The notes under the pieces were generated by a model. That model was given only the letters and a program-made list of their open reading frames with translations. It ran no database searches and was not told the DNA's origin. This document shows, one piece after another, positions 26,389 through 36,314 of a stretch of DNA of 64,000 nucleotides. The stretch spans positions 334,270 through 398,269 of the forward strand of contig NW_005434673.1 of NCBI RefSeq assembly GCF_000315625.1, given 5' to 3'. This DNA is from Guillardia theta CCMP2712 (taxonomy: Eukaryota; Protista; Cryptophyta). The first letter of the stretch is position 1, and each line of letters begins with the position of its first letter. Both the position numbers and the translations under genes were made by a program.

Positions 26389-27600
26389 ATGAGGCACGGG
26401 ACTTGTTTGAGTTTCCTCGTCTTGGCTGCATTGCTAGACCTCTCTTCTCCATACAACCCGTCGGCATTCATGCTGCAAAGCTGTATCTTGTCGCGTCACA
26501 AGCCATCTTTCTGTAGCTCTGCGAGTCGTCTCAGCAGCAGGAGGCTCACGCCGCGTCCTCTCCCTTCCCTGCTATCGTTGCGCGCAATCGCACTTGGCGA
26601 TGGGTTTGCGGAGACAGCAAGCGAATCTTCGTGGACAGAAATCAGTGAGGGGATTACGAAAGAGCAAGCAGAAGAATGCAGTGTGATGGAGGCTGCGGAT
26701 CTTTCAAGCTTCTTTGTTGGGTACATGGAATTCTGTAATAGCCAGAGCCAAAGGTTGCCAAGGAATGCGGCAAAGGCAAGAGCTTTTTCTTCCTCCTACT
26801 CATGTGTTGAACTCATTTATGTTCTGTCGTGTGTATTCTTCCCTGCTTGCTTGTTCTTCTCAGATGTTGCAAGCACTCCTGTCCCATCCCGCTGGCGCAC
26901 AAGGATTCTGGACAACTTTTTTGACAGATCCAGGTACGACCTCGCTGACAGTCGACGTTGACCATCTGAATTTTCCTCCTCCCTTTAAGATCTCAAATGC
27001 GCGACATCTCCTCCTTTTGATCCAGCATTGATCGAGGCAATTGCAAGGTAAAGTGTCAGCCTTTCTTGTCTTTGCTTTCGACCAATGATGATGACGACGA
27101 TGACGATGACGCAGATTTCCCGAGCTCAACATGGGAGTTATCTCAAGCTGCCTTGCAATGTCAGCGACTGAAGAAGCCCTGTACGAGGTCCATTTTTCAT
27201 CCAGAATCTGATGAGATCCTGACGATGGTTGCAGGGAGATCCTTACATGGCGGAGAGTGCTGGGTTGAGCAAGGCAAGGGCTTGCGTCCTCATCGGCTCA
27301 ATGTGGGTGTCCCAACAAGGGCTCTGTTTGTTTCTCTGATCAACTTGTCGTTGCAGAACTTCTCAGCCTGCTCCAGAGCGAGGTACACACTAACCACTCC
27401 TCCACCCGCACTCGGTGACAAGTTGAGCAGGAGACCATGGCTTGAATTGGCTGCTAGACCTCGTCGACTACGATGCGCTGGAGCAGGTTGACTTCTTTGT
27501 TTGACTTGGCTCGAGTATGGCGCCGTTCCCCCTCACTTCATGCACGCAGGCCCGTTACACTGTAGAGCTAAGGACCCAACAGGTGAAGAGTGACTCCGAA
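26389..27600 (+). CDS. Probable plastid-targeted hypothetical protein resembling a conserved cyanobacterial unknown protein; 3' end approximate
   Basis: Signal peptide MRHGTCLSFLVLAALLDLSS, then PSAFM and a Ser/Arg-rich transit-like stretch (bipartite presequence). Spliced core LLSHPAGAQGFWTTFLTDP...ALIEAIARFPELNMGVISSCLAMSA recalls a cyanobacterial GARGFFVTYLT...KNLAMS motif (from memory, not searched). Confidence 0.55.
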
Positions 27601-27833
27601 GTCCGACCGGTCGCCCAGAAGGTAATGATGATGATGATATGCAATGAAGTGATGGTGATGATGAAGGATATGGTGTGACAACACTGGATCGATTGTTAGG
27701 GTGGATGGGATAGATTGCGGCTCGGGTAAGTTCATTTATTAATAGATAATCAGAATGCAAAAAAATTCTTCTATCGGAATTGTATCCTGCAGTCCTTGCA
27801 ACACTCTATACATATCTTACATCTTTGCGTATT

Positions 27834-29018
27834 TCACTCTTCACATCGTGAACGATATATCAGTGGAGGAACCAATGCAACATGACAGATTCTCCAGCAA
27901 ATAATTGCAAATATACAAAACGCTCCACAAATCTGCCATTACAAATTTCAAAGTTGCGTCCTCGCTCAAAACAGCCTTCAGGTGTCCTCACCACTTGTGT
28001 CTTTGGCCATTGGTAAAACTTGGTGACTGCCATCATAGCAAGACTGCAGAAAAAGAGAGGGATGTTCCAAGAGAACGCAATCTGTTTTCGGATTACTGTA
28101 ACAACCAAAAGATGTACATCAAATAGACTAGACCACAACATGTCGAAATAATTGATCACAGTGGATATTCCAGATGCTTTCCAAATGGGCTTTGGAAGTC
28201 AAGACTCCATCTGGCCTGGCTGTATGTTCACGTTGACGACAAGTTTGAAAGCGACAAAACCTCGCTTGTTCATCGAAGATGGTGGAGTTCGAGGTGAAAT
28301 TGTGTCGAAACACGATCTTTCGCTCGTTTTCGGTCAGATTCTCCAGTTGCGCATCGCTGGTGTAGAGCATGTGACAAGTCTTCCTCTGCATCATGCTGCA
28401 GCGTCAGGTCACCTGTAACTGGTAGGAAATCCAGCGGTGAACTTGCAGACGTTGGCCATTGCATCATTCGAGCTCTTCTAGCAGTCAGCCGTCGTCACGA
28501 TACATCCCTTGAGCATCTCACCTTCTGGAGGATGAAGATTGCCAGGCTCGTGGAGACGAACATGATGATCATGCACATGCAAGCGACGGAGGTGCCTGAA
28601 GGAAGAGTGAGACCGTGACGCCTGAACAGCACGTCTCACTCAAAGCTCCCCAAATCGCAAGAAACGCCGGGTGGAACCACTGATCCGATGGGCCGGGCAT
28701 CGACTGCTCGTACAGGACAATCATCTGGAATGCTGCAACAAATGCTGATGACTCGGCCAACAGGAAGAGCTGTTTCGATTTGTGCTCTGCTACATGCCTG
28801 GTTTGGTCCTGACAAGGATGTCAGGAAAAGCAACATTGACACCGCCACTGAACCTGCAGGCTCCACGAAGTCTCTGCATCTTTCCACTTGCTCTGCAGCA
28901 TCTGCCAGACAACATTTTTCTTCCAGTGCTCTCTCTTCGCATGTGCAAATTTGCACTTTTCCTCCACCCACTCCTTCTTCCTCCTCTCTTTCGCAACGGA
29001 CACCGCAGCATGCAGCAT
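27834..29018 (-). CDS. Orai-family (CRAC-type) calcium channel subunit, divergent
   Basis: Hand-spliced product: HKSKQLFLLAESSAFVAAFQMIVLYEQSMP (TM1; aligns gap-free with Orai1 SALLSGFAMVAMVEVQ, pore Glu kept), AFLAIWGALSTSVACMCMIIMFVSTSLAIFILQK (TM2), LESIWNIHCDQLFRHVVIAFSWNIPLFFCSLAMMAVTKF (TM3), TQVICGAFCIFAIICWRICH (TM4). Introns are GT-AG, about 44-60 nt. Start uncertain. Confidence 0.78.
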
Positions 29019-29224
29019 GCTCGTCTACCAGGAAAGAGTTCCGACTATCAGCACTGCATCTGCCTCTTGCGCATGCTATCCTGTGCCCTCTTGTCGTCTT
29101 CGGCTGCTGCTGCTACTGGGAGGATCCCAGAATGTCATTCGCACCCCGACATCATGGCATTGGCCCTGAGGTGAACACGGGGCTGGATTTGACTAAAAGC
29201 TGTCAAGGCCACCTAGCACTTCAA

Positions 29225-29900
29225 GGCTTTCACCGTCTGCGGGGCGGCGGCCTGGCGCAGTGTGCCAGTCGGACTACCCGGCGTATATTACGAGTAAGGG
29301 ACTCGCCGGGAGCCCCCCGGCGCCCCCGGCGGCCGGGCCGGGCCCCGCTGCATCGTAAACTTCCGGTTGATCCTCCCGGGGAGAGCGGTGATTGCAATCT
29401 GCTGCACTGCGGACCTGCCCTAATGGTCGAGGCTCAGCGGCTTGGCCCAGTGGCCCGCGGCGCAGTGCCACCGGCGTCACGGTGAGCAGCCGGACCGCTC
29501 GCCAGAGTCGGCGCGGTCCGACCGGACCGGGACACCGTCGGTACGGTAGGCGCGGTCCGACCGGACCGGGACCCGGGAGTAGTACGGGAGGCACGCCAGT
29601 GACTAGCCTGTCGCTCGGATGATCGATCATCTATCGGATCGGATGGCTGCCACCGTGGGCCGGCACCGGCGTGACGGTGATCGGATCGGACTCAGGCTAC
29701 TGCGGCCATCATGATGATCCCGGGAGTCCTGGTACTCTGAACTTTTAGTAAGTTATGCCAGGAGTCTGTCAAATAAACAACACGGCCGATACGGTGCCAT
29801 TATTGAAAGTAAGAAAATTCTGCCGGCCAAACTTGAATAGTAGTAAGCCGGAAGCCCACAGCTTCCGAGCAGCCTTCGGTGGAAACGGCGCTGCACAGCG
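29225..29900. other. CCGG/palindrome-rich scrambled tract upstream of the Orai-like gene
   Basis: Dense ccgg, gatc, atcatg, gtac words; 23-bp direct repeat gcgcggtccgaccggaccgggac at ~29511 and ~29550. Confidence 0.6.
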
Positions 29901-30324
29901 GCTCCCGTGATCAATTCTGTTATTTCTGCAACGTCAATCTACGAGGAGCATTTGCAAGGTGACCTGAAAGGTACATCCAACTTAGTTGCGTTGGATGCTG
30001 GGTTAGCTGAGAAGGGCAAACTTCCAAGTTCCGATTGATTGCACTTGAACCTGGAAAAATGTGCTCTTGTGAAAGTTCCGTCATTATTAGTTGTACCTTG
30101 CTATTCTTCACTGCAGCGAAATCAAGTTAGTCAAAATCTACTAAGGAGGAGTCTCTTGTTTCTGAACGATTCAGTTTGATCATGTCTTGCAAGCTGATTC
30201 GAGGCAACTTGTCACGAAACATGTCGCGAAACAGTTTTAATCAGTTACGGAAAAAAAATATGATACTATGATACAGTAGTACAAATTCAACTTAAGGTTG
30301 ATACCATGGTTATGTGTTGTGATC

Positions 30325-30579
30325 TCACGAAGTACTTGGGTGATTGATAGCACTTGGATTCTTCATTTCCTTTTCTTTGTTCAAAACTCCTTCCAATTCC
30401 TTTTTCGCCACTCGTTCACGTGCACTTTGCAGCGCGTGGAACAAGGCGTTAGAGTCTATGGATGGTCTTCGCTTTAAATTCTTCCCTCCAGCATCGACTT
30501 CCTCTTTGTCGAGTTGTCGTGTCCAGTTTGGATCTGAGGAAACCCGAATGAGGCGGGAGTATTGAATCTTGCTGTGCAT
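30325..30579 (-). CDS. 84-aa microprotein, RLIRVxS[DE]PxW family (copy 1)
   Basis: ATG-initiated ORF with clear motif similarity to divergent ORF 31462..31740. A possible donor GTGAGA overlaps the stop, so the C-terminus may be extended by splicing. Confidence 0.65.
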   Translation of the reverse strand: MHSKIQYSRLIRVSSDPNWTRQLDKEEVDAGGKNLKRRPSIDSNALFHALQSARERVAKKELEGVLNKEKEMKNPSAINHPSTS

Positions 30580-31461
30580 CCTCAGGTTTCTGACAGCGGA
30601 GAGGTCGGGAATAGAAAGGAAACTGGTTATCCACTGCCTGTCAGGGTTTGAAGATACGAGGAGGAGATAGCAATCTCAAGGCAAAAAGATTTCAGATGTA
30701 GAGGCAGGATGGAGGAGGCTGGACAAGGAAGACAGAGGTATGTGCGTGCGCTGGGAAGGTTTGGGCCGAAGAGAGGGAACCCAGGTTTTGTAGCGACCCG
30801 TTTCTCGGAGGTGGCCTCCTACAGTGCCCCTACCTCATTCTTTGTATTAGTCCATGGGGGTACAAGACAGGGGCTTGTATATAAATCGAATTCTTTTATC
30901 GCTGTTGTAAAGGACCTAATAAATTGAAAAAACAGATCATTTTCTCAGAAAGAGTCTTTACGGATCTTGACATATTTTCAAAAAAGAACGTTTCGCATCT
31001 CACAGCGCCACTCCGACAAGCCGAGTAAGCAAAAGGGGCCGCATGCTTCGAAATTGATCATCTTCGAATCTCAGAGTTGGGGCCCGTAACATTTTTTAAA
31101 ATATCTTTTATCGAGTCATCGCTTCGTGTTACTCCGAGAAGGCGCTCAGTACCACGATGTCGAGCCGTAGCCGTGACTACCCCATATGTAAAAATGACTC
31201 GTACTATTCCCCGGCGGCCCCGCCGTGTGACGTTCTGCGCTCACGGCGACATGGTAACGTGACCTTGATTTTACCGCAAGTCATTGTTCCCCTTTTAAAA
31301 CATTTTAATGATGTAACCCCTCAATCCGCCGCCTCCTTCATACCTGCATCCGCCCAGTGCCCCTTTCATTCCTTTCCGCCCCACCGCCCCTCTCCCCCTC
31401 AAAACCCCGCACGATTTCTTTCCACCCCGATCGCAAACTACACTGAATACCAACAACATCG

Positions 31462-31740
31462 ATGAGCTCTGGTCACAACTCTCCCCGGCTGATTCGCGTT
31501 GCTTCGGAGCCCATATGGCGACACTCAGTCGATTCCGATGTGCAGGATTCGCCGCGAGCAAGTCAACCGACCTTGCGGAGGAATTCTTCATCTAATTGCC
31601 TCTACGGAGCAATCTTGAATGTCCGAAGGAGACTTGCAGGATTTGAAGTCCAGCAATGTGTCACACCTACTTCGTCCTCTTCCGAGGGGAGTGAACATGA
31701 AATCAAGCCTATGTCTGAGCCAGACGGTGCTGGAGGTTGA
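31462..31740 (+). CDS. 92-aa microprotein, RLIRVxS[DE]PxW family (copy 2)
   Basis: ATG-initiated intronless ORF; shares RLIRV.S.P.W at the same offset and L[KR]R..S...SN.L[FY].A....R.R with 30325..30579. Confidence 0.68.
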   Translation: MSSGHNSPRLIRVASEPIWRHSVDSDVQDSPRASQPTLRRNSSSNCLYGAILNVRRRLAGFEVQQCVTPTSSSSEGSEHEIKPMSEPDGAGG

Positions 31741-32149
31741 GTCCAGTCATGCAAGTCGTTGTGACATTATATGACCTTTTGTTTCTATATTTTTATCCCG
31801 TCGTGATTTTCTGTTTCATTAAAGGAGAAGTTGATCTTGGAATATTGCATTCTTTCAGTAGTCGTCGTCGAACAGTATCCCATGAAATCGCAATACAAGG
31901 ATTACTATATTTTCATCATCAGCTTTAAAAAATTCACCATGAATACTAAATTCTCCTCACTATGTCCAATGCATCACAACAATGAAACTAAACACGAAGG
32001 ACACTGCGTTCTCCGATCTCATAAAACCCTCCATGACTCCATAATAGCCTTGCAAGTGTGATGCTGCTCACCACAGGACTACAACTACAGGATTACAGGT
32101 ACGTGTCCAGCATCTTGATCCTTGATTGCTGTGCGAGTAAAAAACAACA

Positions 32150-33830
32150 CTCGACAGCGATCATCGGTTTGATTCCGAAACAAACCCCGCGGTGAAGACT
32201 TCATTGCGAGGAAGGATGTCTGAGAAGATGCTCCTGGTGACGTCTTGTAGGTGTTGATCGTCCTCTGAGCAGTTCGTCAGGACGGAGTACACAAGGATAT
32301 CATCTAACGAGTACCAGACGAGAAAGTACACTGACTCGACATGTGATCGAAATTCTCATTTCTGACTTGTGGCGCTGAGTTCACCATAGCCTCATGCTCG
32401 ATGTTTCCATTGATCTCTCCGCTAGTCGAACTCGTTCCCCAGTCCGGACTGGTCAAATCTTCAGTATTCCTCCTCCTCTCTCTTTCTCTATCTCCTCTTC
32501 ACCTGTATCCACCTCCAATACAAGAGCCCCCGCTAGAGCTGGCTGAGTCCGCGCTAAGTAGGATGTCAGCGGAGAGATGAGGAGGATGGAGACATCACCT
32601 GCTTTGAGTAGGATCGATGAATCTTCCAAGTGCATCAACACAAGGGCCCTGATGCGAATTCGAGACGTGTCAACAGGGTCGCCCATAAGCTCTCGGTAAT
32701 GGGGTGATTCGGAGCATGGGAACAAGTAGGATAAGTTATCAGGCTGTACCTGAAATTTCTCTATTTTCAAGAAGTATTTTTGGGCATGAGTTCGAACCTG
32801 AGGATGCTATTACGAAACGTGTGAAAAACTCAAGGGACTTACTTGTGTCGCGTTTCTAGTACCAACAAACGATGCAATGGCCTTGAAGGCTTTGGGTCTG
32901 CCATGAAACATGTCTCTCAGAAAATACAAAAATTTACAACAATCATAAAAACATGGAAAAGAAAAACTAAAAGGCCGTCACTCACCCGTATTTATTAAGG
33001 CCATCCAAGAAACGTTGGTGTTCTTTTGACGTCCAGTATCTGGTACGAGACTGTTGGGATGATGTCGACTGATTGTCCGAAGTCTTCTGTGCAATTCCTT
33101 GTGCTTGACCAGCAGGCAGTTGAAAAACCGGCTATTGTCAAGTTGTCATCAGTTTTCACTGCACTCTCTGTCAAGCAGCAACATGCCTGTTCCATCCCCC
33201 TCAGTTCCGCAGTTAGCTTTGCTACTTCGCCTTTTCTTTGATCGATCAGTTGCCTTAGCCTGAATATAACCCTTCAGCCATTCATTACCAGCTGATTTGA
33301 AGGATCAACCTGCTGTTCTCTTCGGTGAGTTCCGCAAATGCAGACATGTGCTCCGAAGGATTCACAATTGCCTGGTTGAGAAGTGGTGAATGAACAAGCA
33401 CATCATGGAGGACTTTGTCACCTGGAATTCAAACTTTGGGATGCTTCCAATAGATTGGACTTGATTTGACAAAGAATCAGATTCTTTGTCAATGCTCGCG
33501 TGCAAATCTTGTGTGAAAATCGTCGCAAGATTTCCTTGTTCCTTCCCCTGATATATGGAATGACGATGCGAGATTGTGTGTGTAAGTGCTGTGTTAGGTG
33601 AAGCCCATGGATGAGATGGAGTCATAAGATCTGAAAAATCATGTCAAAAGAGTATTGTGTCATTTCTTGCGAAAGAAATCATTTCAGAAGCTTCAAGGTT
33701 GCAAAGTGGATATTACACTTCAGGGCATCCAAGTGAGAGAGCAAGAAGCATAGAAAGGTCAATTCGCACAACAGAACAGTGATCGATACGTTAGCTGACA
33801 AACAAGTTCCTCCGCATATGACATATATGG
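32150..33830 (-). CDS. MYB-related transcription factor, SHAQKYF class, with an upstream coiled coil; termini approximate
   Basis: Spliced exons 33050-32750 read RTRYWTSKEHQRFLDGLNKYG-PKAFKAIASFVGTRNATQ-VRTHAQKYFLKIEKFQ. Coiled coil FAELTEENSR-LRQLIDQRKGEVAKLTAELRGMEQ lies upstream. Confidence 0.88.
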
Positions 33831-34817
33831 GCCATGAGGCAGGAAGAAAAAAAAGCAAAATGAGTCGAGTGCGAATCCGAGAGAACGGGGAGAGTGGAAT
33901 CAGCACGCAGTGAGGGTGCTAAAGGTTGATTGATGCAGAGACTAGCAGGATCACGGTTGAAATCAAGAAAATCCAAGAAGATGGGAAGTTCTTCTCCATC
34001 GGGAAAAGGAGTGCAGGGCATTCGGCGACTCACCGCTATGTTCGCATCACAAGCATGGACGGGGAAACGAAATGGGGGTGACGCTCTTTTGGGGGTAGTG
34101 GTGGTATGAATGGGGTGGGGGTGCATACCTTTAGCACCAAGCACGGGGTACTAAATGATGAAAAATGCTGGGTACTACCATGATGGAAAGGGGCACAGGT
34201 GATATAGTGACGCAAAGAGTAGGTAGGGTAGGTTTTTATTTTAAGTGGTATGGGATGGTATATAGGTATGCAAGGCGTGGTACTGCCGGGGTAGTACGTA
34301 CAGCAGGTGTCTGTTTTAACCGGACTAGCAATGAGGGTGGGTTATGGGATTGAGGGGTGATCCTTGAACGAATAGGTCAATGACTATTGAGATCCTACCT
34401 ATTACCCTACTTATGGAATATCCATTTTGTAATCGATACAAAATGGAAAGATTGAGCCCCAAACATCCCATGGGGTAGGCAAGGTTTTTGGGAACAAGGC
34501 TATCTCAGAGCCTGTGGTCTTTTTTCTTAGTTCCAGACTCGAGGAAATGTCTACCATGCATGAACTTCCAGTCTGGCCCAATTCTTCGGCTTGGCAGAGT
34601 TATCATTTACCAAAGTGCGGATCTATGGTATTTTTGTATAATGGTAGACTTAATGAATCTTTCATCTTTATCCAGTTATCTGAGCCACTCCTGCAGGCAG
34701 CAGCTCAACTGCTTTGGTTAGCGAGAAAACGAGGGTGGTAGCAGCCTGAGAGGGTCTCAAGCAGAGGGTACCATCAGGCGGCCGTGGGTAGTCTACAGTT
34801 GGTACTGAAGGACCCAG

Positions 34818-34876
34818 GAGATCTTGGGAGATTGTTACGAGATCGTGCGAGATACCTGAGATTGTACCAAGGATAT
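34818..34876. promoter_or_regulatory. Helically phased GAGAT motif array
   Basis: GAGAT at 34818, 34828, 34839, 34849, 34858 (spacing 10, 11, 10, 9) plus GGATAT at 34871, between divergent gene starts. Confidence 0.35.
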
Positions 34877-35189
34877 CACACTTAGAGAGAAACAATTTTT
34901 TGGGGGAAGGGAGGAAAAATTGAAAAAGAAGGTGGGTAGTGTCGAAGTGAGGACATGGACGGGTATAAATGAGGAAAAATTAGGGTGGGGGTTTGGTGAA
35001 TCAGCCTGGCAAGAGGGTTCTGAGGAGGGGTGGGGTGAGGAGGGGTGGGGTGGATTGAATTATAACCGGCAGTTTTGCACAAACACGAAGGCACGGTGTT
35101 GCCCTTGAAATGTTGGAGATGGAATGGGAATATGAGGGCGATGAGTTCAAGATGAAAAGTCGCCGGTGGTGAAGAGACAAACGCCGAAA

Positions 35190-36114
35190 ATGTTCACTAA
35201 GGTAGGAGACCATGATCCCCCTTCCTTCCCGCTCCCTCCTCCCGCTCCGCTTCCTCCTTGCTTACAACCCCTCCCCCCCTCCGCTCCCTTCCCCTCTCTG
35301 CTCCCCGTTGCCCTCTCGCCCTTCTCTGCTCCCTCCTCCCTATTAGCTCTCCCTTTTCTCTCCCTCCCTATCCGATGTTTTGACTTCTACGATGCATCTT
35401 TCCTTGTTCTCTGCCATGTTTTTTGCCTTGCTCCTTCCTTGTAATTCATATCTTTGCCTCTTCCTCTGCCTCTGCCTCTGCCTCTGCCTCTGCCTCTGCC
35501 TCTGCCTCTGCCTCTGCCTCTGCCTCTGCCTCTGCCTCTGCCTCTGCCTCTGTCTACATCACTTAAACTATCTCTTTCTTTCCCGGCCCACTCCGTCCTC
35601 CCCCTGTGCCTTGCTCGGTCTTCATTTTCACTTCATTTTCATCTTCATTTTCATCTACTTTTGTCGTTGCTCTCTCCCTCCCTCCCTGCCCTTTCTGCTT
35701 ATCTTCATATCCGATCATTCTTCCACCTGTATACCCTATTTGCTCCTCCGTTTTTACCCTCGAAACAAGACTTGTTTTCCCTTTTTTCCTTTCCCTTCCC
35801 TCGCTTCTGCCCTCTTTTTTGCTACTGTTTCTGGCATTTTGATCCTCGCTCCCCCTCCTCGGACTCTTGAGAGTCTATGAATGCTCTTGATCGCAGTCTA
35901 ACTTGCATGCCAGCTTATGGGCGTCGAAGCCTTCTTGGCACATCATCATGCCGGTGACGTCGGTCCTCCTCCCGCATGGGGAGGCATTGCCGATGATGGT
36001 CCCGATGCTCCCTGCGCCGTTGCTGGCATGTTCGGATGCGCTCCCATGAACTCCACTTACGACTACTGGAAGAACGGCGTTCCTTGGGAGGGACCCCCAG
36101 TCGTGTTCCACTAA
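35190..36114 (+). CDS. 70-aa microprotein MFTK-LMGVEAFLAHHHAGDVGPPPAWGG...WEGPPVVFH
   Basis: 12-nt first exon ATGTTCACTAAG then GTAGG; intron 35202..35913 with branch-like tctaac and gccag. Exon 2 is in frame with ORF 35917..36114 and is rich in C/G-ending codons. Confidence 0.6.
35455..35552. repeat. (CTCTGC)n microsatellite within a pyrimidine-rich intron
   Basis: About 14-15 hexamer units; source of the spurious LCLC and PLPL ORFs. Confidence 0.95.
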
Positions 36115-36314
36115 ATAGCTCAGACCATACGAGTGTATGTTTGAAGCATTTGTGTGATGTTTCCAGATTGAATGAACTATATACATGTCATCATTTCTTG
36201 CATCGATAGCTTTCGTTTCCTCGCATTGCGGGGATATTGTGTAAAGTTTTTCTTTCGACATCAGGATAACATTATTTTACATTGCGCTAGTCTATGTACA
36301 AGTCGATATCTCAA

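Noticed and set aside
29511-29573. 23-bp direct repeat with a spacer, superficially CRISPR-like
   Set aside because: Only two copies, short spacer, eukaryotic context and no cas genes.
28688-29630. 265-aa plus-strand ORF and Gly/Pro/Arg-rich ORFs
   Set aside because: Antisense to the Orai-like gene and running into the stop-poor GC-rich tract.
34060-34480. GGGTA-rich tract as an interstitial telomere
   Set aside because: No tandem periodic unit; handled as part of the promoter-tract observation.
35380-35880. Poly-LC and poly-PL ORFs
   Set aside because: Translation of (CTCTGC)n inside a predicted intron.
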